Below, piece after piece: positions 29,321 through 40,847 of a stretch of DNA of 64,000 bases (the first letter of the stretch is position 1; the number at the start of each line of letters is the position of its first letter). The stretch lies in NCBI GenBank assembly GCA_963716725.1, contig CAVQUB010000033.1, positions 32,001 through 96,000 on the forward strand, read 5' to 3'. The notes beneath the pieces were generated by a model. It was not told the origin of the DNA. It ran no database searches and was given only the letters and a program-made list of their open reading frames with translations. The stretch comes from an uncultured delta proteobacterium. GTDB taxonomy: Bacteria; Myxococcota_A; Polyangia; Polyangiales; Polyangiaceae. The position numbers and the translations under genes were made by a program.

Positions 29321-29953
29321 TCAGCTTGCGACGAACGCGGCCAGGAGCGCGAGGCCCGGATCTTGGCTCTTCTCGGGGTGAAACTGCACGGCGAACACGT
29401 TGTCCCGGCCGACGGCCGCGGTGACTCGGTGCGGACCGTGGCTCGACGTCGCCAAGACCAGCGTCGGATCGCTGGGGACCGCGTGGTACGAGTGCACGTA
29501 GTAGACCCAGGCGCCGGGGCCGCCCGCAGCTCGGAGCAGCGGGTGCCCAGCGCCCACCGGCTCGAGTTGGTTGTAGCCCATGTGCGGGATCTTCACGCCG
29601 ACGGGGCTGAGGCCTTCGACCCGACCCCCGAAGTGGCCGAGCCCGGCCACGCCTTCGGCTTCGGCGCTGGAGTCGAACAAGACCTGGAGGCCCAGGCAGA
29701 TGCCCAGATAGGGCGTGCCCGCCGCGATGCGCTCGAGGAGCGCCGCGCCGAGGCCCGATCCGAGCGCGATCATGCAGTCGCGAAACGCGCCTTGTCCTGG
29801 GAAGACCAGCTTGTCGGCGCTCCGGAGTCGGTCAGGATCCGAGCTGCGTTCGAGCTCGAGACCCGCCACGCCGGCCCGCTCTGCCGCCACGACCAGGGCT
29901 TTCTCCACTGAGCGCAGGTTGCCGAGCCCAGTGTCGACCACGAGCACCCGCAC
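29321..29953 (-). CDS. hisH: Imidazole glycerol phosphate synthase glutaminase subunit
   Basis: GNLRSV, FPGQGAF, GICLG, PHMG, YVHSY, QFHPEKS. Confidence 0.95.
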   Translation of the reverse strand: MRVLVVDTGLGNLRSVEKALVVAAERAGVAGLELERSSDPDRLRSADKLVFPGQGAFRDCMIALGSGLGAALLERIAAGTPYLGICLGLQVLFDSSAEAEGVAGLGHFGGRVEGLSPVGVKIPHMGYNQLEPVGAGHPLLRAAGGPGAWVYYVHSYHAVPSDPTLVLATSSHGPHRVTAAVGRDNVFAVQFHPEKSQDPGLALLAAFVAS

Positions 29954-30543
29954 TACAGGACGCCCTTGGTCGACGGGACGCCGGCGGCGCGCGGATCGCG
30001 CTCGACCGCGACGCGCAGCGCGCGAGCGAAGGACTTGAAGCAGATCTCGACGATGTGGTGCAGGTTCTCCCCGGAGTGCATCACCACGTGCAGGTTGGCC
30101 TCGGCGCTGCGGGCAAAGGCCTCGAAGAACACCTCGGCGAGCTCGCTGTCGAACTCGCCGATCTTCGCCTTCGGCAGCGGGACTCGCCACACGAAGAAGG
30201 CTCGCCCCGAGAGATCGAGGGCTGTGGTGACCAAGGCCTCGTCCATGGGCAAGGTCGCCGATCCGTAGCGGCGGATGCCCGCGCGGTTGCCCAGCGCCTC
30301 GAGCACGGCCTTGCCCAGCACGATGCCCACGTCTTCGGTGGTGTGGTGCCCGTCGACCTCGACGTCGCCCGTGGCCTTCACCTGCAGATCGATGGCGCCA
30401 TGACGCGCGATCTGCTCGAGCATGTGGGACAAGAAGGGAAGCGGCGTGTCGATGCTGCTCTCGCCGGTCCCGTCCAAGTCGACCTCGACCGTGATGGAGG
30501 TCTCGCGGGTCGTGCGCTCGACGCGCGCGGTCCGCCCGCTCAC
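29953..30543 (-). CDS. hisB: Imidazoleglycerol-phosphate dehydratase
   Basis: HHTTED, PMDE, NLHHIVE, PSTKGVL. Confidence 0.96.
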   Translation of the reverse strand: MSGRTARVERTTRETSITVEVDLDGTGESSIDTPLPFLSHMLEQIARHGAIDLQVKATGDVEVDGHHTTEDVGIVLGKAVLEALGNRAGIRRYGSATLPMDEALVTTALDLSGRAFFVWRVPLPKAKIGEFDSELAEVFFEAFARSAEANLHVVMHSGENLHHIVEICFKSFARALRVAVERDPRAAGVPSTKGVL

Positions 30544-31220
30544 CGGAACTCCTCGATCTTCCAGAGCCCGTGCTCACGGAGGAGTTCGACGGTTCCTCCG
30601 GCGCCGTACGACATCGTCGCTCGCTCGCCGATTCGCTCGAACTTTGCGGTGGGCAAGGCCGCCGCAAGCGCCTGGGTCAAGCGCGAGGTCTCCTCCTTCT
30701 GCTCGCCTTCCCAGGTCTTCTCGAGCTTCGCCGCGTCGAGCCCCTCGCGCTTGGCGTCCGGCACGAAGCGCATCAGCACGTCCCACCGCTTGTTCTCGAA
30801 GGCGCGGATGAACGCGCGCACCGCGGCCTCCGGTGACGCCTGGCTGTACAGGTCGATGGCCGAACCGTCGACGCGCCAACGCCCGGCCTCGTACACGAGC
30901 AACAGAGATTCGCCGTTGGGTGCTGTCACGGTCGCGGTGACCAGCGGGGGCCCCGAAGGCCGGCCCAGAGCCCGGGAGATGTCTCTGACCTCTTCGGGGT
31001 TCTCCTTCACCATCCGGGCGAAGGCCTCGTAGGGCAGCTGCTTTTTCGCCTCGTCACTCAGGAGCGCATAGGCCTCCTCCACCCGGCCGGCTGCCAGGGC
31101 GTTGGCGTAGGCGTCCAACGTCTCTTTGGGGCCGTGGGCGGGCTTTTGCGCGGCGCAGCCCAGCGCAAGCGAGGCGATGGCGGCGGCCAAGGTCGGCAGG
31201 CGGAGGCCGATGGGATTCAC
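30540..31220 (-). CDS. Hypothetical lipoprotein with two NTF2-like repeats
   Basis: Lipobox ALGC; repeated E.G.W[RK][VI] ends. Confidence 0.7.
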   Translation of the reverse strand: MNPIGLRLPTLAAAIASLALGCAAQKPAHGPKETLDAYANALAAGRVEEAYALLSDEAKKQLPYEAFARMVKENPEEVRDISRALGRPSGPPLVTATVTAPNGESLLLVYEAGRWRVDGSAIDLYSQASPEAAVRAFIRAFENKRWDVLMRFVPDAKREGLDAAKLEKTWEGEQKEETSRLTQALAAALPTAKFERIGERATMSYGAGGTVELLREHGLWKIEEFR

Positions 31221-31294
31221 GCCGCCCGGATACCACAGGCCGGGCGGAGCGTCAGCGTACTGGCCTTTGCCCATGGGCGTACTACTGTCTGGGT

Positions 31295-33701
<2,407 letters not shown>

Positions 33702-33705
<4 letters not shown>

Positions 33706-35993
33706 AGCCCGAGCTCGGACCGTTCTTCCGCTCACGTCCGCTGCTGATTGGCCAGGCCATCGGCGCCGTCGGTTGCTTCGCGAGTGGGTTTCTCCCGTTG
33801 TTCGGCGGCCCGGGCTACGAGGCCGCGCTCTTCGCCGGAGTCTTGCTGCCGTCGACGGCGGCCGTCTCGGCGGCGATCGCGGTTTCGTCCCCGCGGGTCG
33901 GCGCCTTCGACGCGCTCGGCCGGGGCGTGGCCCAGGGTCTGTGCCTCGCGGGCGTCGGGCTCGCGCTCAGCCTGATCCACGGCCTGCGCGTCGGCTTCTG
34001 CGATCTCTGGGACGGAGCCGCGGTGTTTTGCCTGGGCCCCGGGGTGGGCGCCGTGCTGGGCGGCGCTTTCGGCGCGGGCGCGGGTCTTCTGGCGTCGCTC
34101 GCGTCAGCGCGCTGGAAGCGCTTGGCCTGGGCGGTGCTGATCGCCCTGGCGGGTCCTCTCGGATCGATCGGCCTGAGCCTCTGGAGGTTCTGGTCGAGCC
34201 CGATGGTATTTGCCTTCGATCCCTTCTTCGGCTTCTTTGCCGGACCGCTCTACGACACCGTGATCGAGCCGCTCGAGCGGCTCCGGAGCTACCGGGTGGG
34301 CTCCCTCCTCTCGTTGCTCGGCGCCGCGGTGTTCGGGTTTCACCTCGACCGCCGGGAGCGTGGCTTCGTCCTGGTCGGACGGGGCCGACCGGGTGTCGCT
34401 CTGGCCGGGGCGCTGGCGATCGCGGGCTCGCTCTTCGTATCGCTTTCGGGGGCGCGGCTCGGGCACTGGAGCACCAGCGCGAGCATCCGCGGCGAACTCG
34501 AGCGCAGCCTGCTGAGCGAGCGCTGCGAGATCGTGTACGCGCCCAGCATCCCCGAGCACGAGGCCAAGCTCTTGGCCCGGGAATGCGACGGTCACGTGCG
34601 CGAGATCGAGGGCTGGTTTCAGACCCGTGGCCCGGATCGCATCTCGGTGCTGGTCTTCGAGTCCGAGGCCCAGAAGGGCCGCTTGATGGGCGCCGCCAGC
34701 ACCTACATCGCCAAGCCCTGGCGTCGCGAGGTCTACGTGCAGTTTGCGCGCTACCCGCATCCAGTGCTTGGACACGAGCTCGCCCACGTCATCGCGGGCA
34801 GCTTCGGCGCTGGCCCGTTCCGAGTCAGCGGACCCTTCGGTGGGTGGCTGCCCGATCCGGGGCGCATCGAAGGCGTGGCCACCGCGGCGGCTCCATCCGA
34901 CAGCGCGCTCACGCTCGCGCAGTGGTCGCGGGCGATGCTCGATCTCGGGATTTTGCCGCCTTTGTCGGCGGTGTTTCGCCTGAGCTTCTTGGGAGAAAAC
35001 AGCAGCAAGGCGTACACCGTGGCCGGCGCGTTCATCGAGTGGCTGCACCGCGCGCACGGCGCGGCCGCAGTGCGCGGTTGGTACGCGGGCACTGAGCTGC
35101 CCGCGCTGACTGGGGGCAAGGACCTCGCTCAGCTGGAGTCCGACTGGCGCGCGTCCCTCGCTGGAGAGGTGCTCTCGCCCCGAGTGCTGGAGGCGGCGCG
35201 GGCGCGCTTCGACCGACCGGCGATCTTCGGACGCAAGTGCCCGCACGTCGTCGATCGCGCCTTGGACGAAGCGAACGGGCGGCTCGGGGTGGGCGACGTC
35301 CGCGGCGCGCGTGAGCGCTTCGAGCACGTGACAGCGCTGGATCCCGGGCACTTCGGGGCGCGAGTGGGCCTCGGCAGCTGCTCGGCGCGGGCGGGCGACG
35401 AGGCGGACGCACGCCGTCGCTTCGAGGAGCTTGCGAACGATCAGAAGCTTCACGCCGTGCTCCGACTCGCGGCGGAGGAGTCCCTGGCCGATCTCGACCT
35501 GGCGTCCGGACGCAGTGCCGCGGCCGTCGAACGCTACCGCCGCATCGAAGCCGGCGTGGCAGACGAGGACCGGCTTCGCACGCTGGATGTCAAGGCCGCT
35601 CCCACCACCGAGCCGAGCCGGGCAGCCATCGCCGCGCTGCTGGTGGGCGACCCGGTGATCGGTCGCGACTTCGGCGAAGCCGCCGCGCTGATCGGCGAGT
35701 GGGCCGCCACCGAGCCACGCGACGGCCTGCCCGAGTACCTGCTCGGGCGCAATTTCTACAATGCGGGGCGGTACCGTGAAGCGGCCCGCCGGCTCGATCG
35801 CGCGCTCGACAAGGGGCTGGCGCTGCCCCGGGTGCAGCGCGAGGCCCTGCGCCTGCGCGTGGTGCTTTCCTGTGCGCTCGAAGACCCGGCGCGGGGTCAG
35901 GAAGTGCTCGATCGCTATCGGAAGCTCGAGGGAGTGGAACCCGCGGCCCGACTCGGCGTGGAACGCATGGCGCGGCGCTGCGGGCTTCAATGA
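33702..35993 (+). CDS. Multi-TM membrane protein with gluzincin-like peptidase domain and TPRs
   Basis: Several N-terminal TM helices; HELAH at 34773-34787 and downstream IEG; start either CTG 33702 (overlapping the lon stop) or TTG 33798. Confidence 0.65.
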
Positions 35994-36020
35994 ACTCGGG
36001 GCGCCACGCAACCAACGACC

Positions 36021-36890
36021 ATGGCCCTGGGGCGCTCGCTATTCATCGCGCTGGCGATCCACGCCGGAGTCGCGCTCGCGGGTCGCCGCTGGGTCCCGGG
36101 GCCGGACGTCGTGCTCCCGCCCGCGCCGCCTGCGAGCTACGAGGTGAACGTCGTCGAGCTCGCGGCTGAGCCGAGGTCTGAGCGCCCGGAGGGCAGAGGG
36201 GCGACCGCAGCGGATCGGCGCGGGTCGCGGATCGCCATCGGGAAGTCGTGGGCTTCCGTGGGGGCGCCGACGGTCCTGCGCGGCACAGCGGGGGACGGCG
36301 TCGGGATCCCGGAGGCCGCGCCGATCGACGACGCCGTCCAGGACGCAGCGTCCGATCCGAAGCGTGCCGTCGATCTCGGCCTCGGGCGGATCTGGTTGAC
36401 ACCGTCGCTGCCCGATCGCCCGCGCGGTGAGTGGCAGTCCGGTGCACGGGCTGCCGGTGGGCTGGGTCAAGGGCTCGAAGATCGCGACCGCGCGCGCGGG
36501 CTCGGACGCGGCGGCGTGGTGGCTACCCTGGCGCGGAGCGCCGCCATCGCCGCCGGCCCGCAGACAGGGGAGGGCAGCTTTCTGGTGATCACGGATCGCG
36601 GTGGTCGAGTCGTGAGCGTGACGCTCGGCGAGTCCGTCGGCGCGGGTTGGGCCGATGTCGCCCGGGCGCTGCAGCGCGCGCTCGCGGCGAAGCGGCTACG
36701 CGTCCCGGTCGGAGCCAATGGGCTCAGCGTGCGAGTGCAGGTGCGCTCCAAGGTACAACTCCCGAGCGGAGCAGATCCGAATAGCCCGGCGCGCATTCGA
36801 GGGCCCGGAGCCGAGTTCGACGTGGCCGACATCGGCGCGCGCGCAACCCGAGTCGTGTCGGCGCAGATCACGGACGAACGGCTGCTCTAG
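36021..36890 (+). CDS. TonB-like membrane-anchored hypothetical protein
   Basis: N-terminal SLFIALAIHAG anchor (SxxxxxxH-like); C-terminal TDRGGRVVSV. Confidence 0.5.
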   Translation: MALGRSLFIALAIHAGVALAGRRWVPGPDVVLPPAPPASYEVNVVELAAEPRSERPEGRGATAADRRGSRIAIGKSWASVGAPTVLRGTAGDGVGIPEAAPIDDAVQDAASDPKRAVDLGLGRIWLTPSLPDRPRGEWQSGARAAGGLGQGLEDRDRARGLGRGGVVATLARSAAIAAGPQTGEGSFLVITDRGGRVVSVTLGESVGAGWADVARALQRALAAKRLRVPVGANGLSVRVQVRSKVQLPSGADPNSPARIRGPGAEFDVADIGARATRVVSAQITDERLL

Positions 36891-36955
36891 TGCCGCGCGG
36901 CAGAAGTTTCGCTGGTTTCTTTTCCGTGTGCGTGTCGTCGGTGTAGTGGGGTGAC

Positions 36956-37382
36956 ATGATCGACTACAGCGCGTTCGCGGGTCGAGCGCACGGTGGTCGT
37001 CCGACGGTTCCGCTCGCGCTGAGGGCTGAAGAGCGCGCGCGGATCGAGGAGGCGTTGCGACCCGCCAGGGCGGAGCAGCGGCTGGTTCGTCGGGCGCAGG
37101 CCGTGTTGATGATGGCGGACGGAGTGCCTGCGACGGACATCGCCCGGCTCCTCGGGGTGCACGTGCGCACGGTGGACGACTGGCGCAAGCGCTTCGACTG
37201 CGCGGCACCTAGCGAGAGACTGGCGGACGCCCCGCGCTCGGGACGGCCGCCCTCTCTCTCTCGGACACCGTAGCGGCTCGAGTAGAAGCACCGACGACCT
37301 CGCGGCGAGGATCGACGCGTACGTCGCGTGGTATCTGCAGACCGACCGACCCTTTCGCTGGTCGTACCGCCCCAAGTCGTGG
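36956..37382 (+). pseudogene. IS630 transposase remnant: HTH N-terminus joined to the C-terminal tail, DDE core deleted
   Basis: RRAQAVLMMADG..DIARLLGV..RTVDDWRKRF..LADAPRSGRP, then in another frame STDDLAARIDAYVAWY..RPFRWSYRPKSW. Confidence 0.8.
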
Positions 37383-37459
37383 GCCGAACCCAGAAAAATC
37401 CCCTCACTTTCTGCGAAGAAAGCCGCAACTGTTTCGGAGTGAGGCCCGACCACACGGGG

Positions 37460-37954
37460 ATGGCACAGGAAGGGCGAAAGCTCGGAAGATTTGGGGATGG
37501 GACGGACGAGGTGATCGGTGCGCTGATCGAGGTGCATCGGCATCTCGGTCCAGGGCTGATGGAATCCGCACATGAGGCCTGTCTATCTGCCGAGCTGTCC
37601 GAACGACGGCTCAAGTTCGAGCGGCAGCGACCGCTACCAATCCGCTTCAAAGGCGTACACCTTGACTGCGCCTATCGCCTCGACCTGGTCGTTGAAGCTC
37701 GTATCCTCCTGGAGCTCAAGGCGGTCGAGCGGCTGCTCCCGATTTACGAAGCGCAGGTCATCACCTATCTGCGCCTTTCGCGGTTGCCCGTCGGCCTGCT
37801 CGTCAACTTCAACGTGACCGCGCTCAGAAATGGCCTGCGGAGGCTAACGCCTGACCACCCCAAATCCTTCCGCTCTTCCGCCCTTCCTGTGAGAGCCCAA
37901 ATGAGCGCAGGTCTCAGGGGCGAATCCACTCGAACTTCGGCCGCGCGGCACTAG
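37460..37954 (+). CDS. GxxExxY family protein (PD-(D/E)XK nuclease superfamily)
   Basis: VHRHLGPGLMESAH, YRLDLVVE..ILLELKAV, AQVITYL..GLLVNF. Confidence 0.9.
   Translation: MAQEGRKLGRFGDGTDEVIGALIEVHRHLGPGLMESAHEACLSAELSERRLKFERQRPLPIRFKGVHLDCAYRLDLVVEARILLELKAVERLLPIYEAQVITYLRLSRLPVGLLVNFNVTALRNGLRRLTPDHPKSFRSSALPVRAQMSAGLRGESTRTSAARH
37464..37891. repeat. 33/34-bp inverted repeat pair enclosing the GxxExxY core
   Basis: Left arm 37464-37496 CACAGGAAGGGCGAAAGCTCGGAAGATTTGGGG; right arm 37858-37891, reverse complement CACAGGAAGGGCGGAAGAGCGGAAGGATTTGGGG. Confidence 0.85.
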
Positions 37955-37977
37955 CCGCAGTCCGATTTGATCGCGGC

Positions 37978-38418
37978 TCAGTCGTACTTCTTCAGCCGCT
38001 CGGCGATCTCGGTCCAGGCTCCCCCGAGCACGTTGTCCGCCATCGGATAGAGGATGCCCTCCTCTTTCACGTTGTGCTGCTGGATCAGCATCAGCAGGGT
38101 GTCACCTTGGTCGAGCGCCGCGCCCAGATCACCGCGATCGACCGCGGCGTTCATCTCCTCGAGCATGTGCTTCATCTGCGCGTGCTCCATGCGCATCACG
38201 TGGGTCGGCCCTCCGCCGTGCATGCCCGTCGCGTCCTCGAGGGCGGGGAAGAGGACCTCTTCTTCCATGGCGAAGTGGCGGCGCATCGCCTTGTCGAAGG
38301 TGGTCCAGCGCGCGCGGGCGGCGGGCAGATCGTCCGCGACTTCTTCGATCTGGGCCCAGAGTTCGTCGCAGCGTCGGTGATCGGGGATGAAGAGGGCTCC
38401 GGGACTGTCTGCGCTCAT
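37978..38418 (-). CDS. Hemerythrin domain protein
   Basis: DHRRCD, HFAMEEEVLFP, MRMEH, HNVKEEGILYPM. Confidence 0.9.
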   Translation of the reverse strand: MSADSPGALFIPDHRRCDELWAQIEEVADDLPAARARWTTFDKAMRRHFAMEEEVLFPALEDATGMHGGGPTHVMRMEHAQMKHMLEEMNAAVDRGDLGAALDQGDTLLMLIQQHNVKEEGILYPMADNVLGGAWTEIAERLKKYD

Positions 38419-38438
38419 GATTGGACTCCGTCGGGCTT

Positions 38439-38460
38439 CATGTTATCGGTCGATAACATG
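38439..38460. promoter_or_regulatory. Perfect 10-bp palindrome, putative TetR operator
   Basis: CATGTTATCG-GT-CGATAACATG between divergent genes, overlapping the TetR ATG. Confidence 0.75.
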
Positions 38461-39543
38461 GTGTTGGGATTCCGGCGAGCGAAAACTGATGTGCGGCGGG
38501 GGCAAATCGTCGAGGCGACGCTGACCCTGCTCGCCGACTCGCCGCTCGATCAGCTGAGCACCCGGCAGATCGCGCGCGAGCTGGGGATCTCGCAGCCCGC
38601 GCTGTTCCGACACTTCGCGTCTCGGGACGCGCTGCTCTTGGCCGTGATCGTCGAGACCTCGGAGCGGCTCGGCACCCTGGTCGAAGGGGTCCTGGGCCCG
38701 GAGGGTGGCGCCCTGGCTCGGCTCGAAGCGCTCGGCGTCCAGTTGCTCCGGCACCTGGGTGAACACCCTGGTCTGCCACGCCTGCTCTTCGCGAACCTCG
38801 CCAGCGGAACCGGCCCGGTGTTCGACGCCCTGCGGCGCCTGTACTCGATGCAAAGCTCCCTCGTGGCGGAGCTGATTCGGGACGGTCTTCGCGCCGGTGA
38901 GATCGATCCGGCCATTGATCCGCGAGACGCCGCGACGCTCTTTGTGGGCGTGCTCCAGAGCGTCACCTTGATCCGGCGCCTCGAAGCGCGGAGCGAGCCG
39001 CTGGAGATCGAGGGTCGACGGCTACTCTCGATCTGGATCCGCGGCGTGCGCGCTGCCCCTGGCAGTGCAGCGCAGGAGCCCGTGCCGACGCCTCCCGGCG
39101 AGGGGATCCGCACCCTCGACGTCCGCCCGCTGCTGGGCAGGGGGACGGATCCGTTCGACGCGATCACGGCCGCACTGGCCGAGGTGGGAGCCGCAGGCGT
39201 CCTGGTGGTCACCGCGCCCTTTCGCCCCGCACCGTTGATCAAGCTGCTCACGGGTCGGGGTCACGCGGTGCAGGTGCAAGTGCTCGGCCCTCGCCACTTC
39301 GTGATCGAGGTGATCCACCGCGGCGGCCCCGAACCCGAAGATCTCCGGGATCTCGAGCCGCCGGAGCCCCTCGAGCGAGTGCTGGTCGCCACCCGCGATC
39401 TCGCGCCAGGCGGCGTCTATCTCGCTCGCCTTCCCCGCCACCCGCGGCTCTTGCTGCCACGCCTCGAGGAGCGCGGGCTGGGTTTCCGAGTCCACGAGCA
39501 CCACGACGGCACGGCGTTGCTCCGCGTGCACAGGTCGCCATGA
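38458..39543 (+). CDS. TetR family regulator fused to two DUF2249-like domains
   Basis: STRQIARELGISQPALFRHF HTH; LDVRPLL..G.DPF..I..APFRPAPL; DLRDLEPPEPL. Confidence 0.8.
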   Translation: MVLGFRRAKTDVRRGQIVEATLTLLADSPLDQLSTRQIARELGISQPALFRHFASRDALLLAVIVETSERLGTLVEGVLGPEGGALARLEALGVQLLRHLGEHPGLPRLLFANLASGTGPVFDALRRLYSMQSSLVAELIRDGLRAGEIDPAIDPRDAATLFVGVLQSVTLIRRLEARSEPLEIEGRRLLSIWIRGVRAAPGSAAQEPVPTPPGEGIRTLDVRPLLGRGTDPFDAITAALAEVGAAGVLVVTAPFRPAPLIKLLTGRGHAVQVQVLGPRHFVIEVIHRGGPEPEDLRDLEPPEPLERVLVATRDLAPGGVYLARLPRHPRLLLPRLEERGLGFRVHEHHDGTALLRVHRSP

Positions 39544-40847
39544 GCGCAGGCATGTCCATGGCCGGCCTCTCGCCGGACCAAGGCCCGCCGCTGGCCATCC
39601 CGGCCAGCTTCTTCGTGACGGCACCGATGGCGGTGATCGCTGCCGGTGCACTGCTTGCTGCTGGTGGGTCGTCGCTGCTCTGGACGCGCTTCGCAGGCGC
39701 GACGGTCGCGTTCGTGCACCTCGGAACCCTGGGGCTGCTCGCTTGCGTGATGTTGGGATCGCTCTATCAGCTGATCCCCGTGGTCGCTGGCGCGTCGGTG
39801 CCCTTCGTGCGGGTGGCGCACGCGGTGCATGCGGGGCTGGTGTTGGCGGTGAGCGCGCTGGCGTGGGGCTTCGCCATGAATCAACGCGTCTTCGTCGTGG
39901 TCGGCGCGGACCTCCTGTCGTTGGTCTTCGTCGTGTTCCTCTTGCCTGTCGCCGTCGCTCTGGCTCGCGCGCCCGCTCGCGGCGCGACTCTCGCAGGCAT
40001 GCGAGTCGCGGTGCTCGGCCTCGCCTTGGTGGTCGGGCTCGGCGTTTGGCTGGGGCACCTTCGCGGCGCGGGAACTGCGTCCCCAAGCTACTCGAGTGTC
40101 GTCCTCGTCCACCTGAGCGCGGGGTTGGTGGTCTGGATCGGCGGGCTCATCGCCGGAGTGAGCTTCCAAGTCGTGCCGATGTTCTACCTGGCGCCGGCGT
40201 TTCCTCGCGCGGTCAGCTGGATCTTGGTGGGCAGCTTCGCGCTCACGCTGCTCGGCCTGATCGGGGCGCTCGCCACGGGCGCGGGTCCGACTGCCATCGC
40301 CGGGGCCGCGCTGCCCGGGGCCATCGCAGCCTGGGTCGTGCATCCGATCACCGCGCTCTGGGTCATCGTTCGCCGACGCCGCAAGCGATTTGACGCCAGC
40401 CTCGGCTTCTGGAAGGCAGGCCTCGCGAGCGCGCTCTTGGCCTTGCCCTGCGCGCTGCTCGCGGTCCTCGGCGACGATCTGCGCGCTCCGGTGCTCTTCG
40501 GCTGGATTGTGCTCTGGGGATGGGCTGCGATGATCGTGCACGGCATGTTGGGGCGCATCGTGCCCTTCTTGGTGTGGTTTCACCGCTTCTCGAGGCGGGT
40601 CGGCGTCGAGCCGGTTCCGTCGATGAAACAGCTCTTGCCAGACCTGTTCCCGCGAGTCGGCTTCGCGCTGCACCTCTCGACGCTGGTGCTCGGCGTGGTG
40701 GCCCTCGCGACCGGTGTGGATCTGGTGGCACGGGCCACGGGCGTGGGCCTCGTGGCCACGGGCGCCGCCATGTTCGTGTCGATCGTTCGCCCGCTGCGGC
40801 ACGGCCGCCGACGGGCCTACCAGTCTGGAAACCAAACGCCGTCGTAG
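39540..40847 (+). CDS. Polytopic membrane protein of the type often found with DUF2249/hemerythrin genes
   Basis: About 12 TM helices; HLGTLG..GSLYQLIPV, HL..GVSFQVVPMF, GMLGRIVPFLVW. Confidence 0.7.
   Translation: MSAGMSMAGLSPDQGPPLAIPASFFVTAPMAVIAAGALLAAGGSSLLWTRFAGATVAFVHLGTLGLLACVMLGSLYQLIPVVAGASVPFVRVAHAVHAGLVLAVSALAWGFAMNQRVFVVVGADLLSLVFVVFLLPVAVALARAPARGATLAGMRVAVLGLALVVGLGVWLGHLRGAGTASPSYSSVVLVHLSAGLVVWIGGLIAGVSFQVVPMFYLAPAFPRAVSWILVGSFALTLLGLIGALATGAGPTAIAGAALPGAIAAWVVHPITALWVIVRRRRKRFDASLGFWKAGLASALLALPCALLAVLGDDLRAPVLFGWIVLWGWAAMIVHGMLGRIVPFLVWFHRFSRRVGVEPVPSMKQLLPDLFPRVGFALHLSTLVLGVVALATGVDLVARATGVGLVATGAAMFVSIVRPLRHGRRRAYQSGNQTPS

Larger units (their letters stand above)
36888..37953 (+). 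mobile_element. Non-autonomous IS630-family element carrying a GxxExxY cassette
   Basis: TA|GTGCCGCGCGGCAGAAGTT ... AACTTCGGCCGCGCGGCAC|TA: terminal IRs match 18/19 and are flanked by TA. Confidence 0.85.

Noticed and set aside
36887..37573. Minus-strand 228-aa ORF ending ETSAARH
   Set aside because: Antisense shadow; its ending merely mirrors the IS630 terminal inverted repeat
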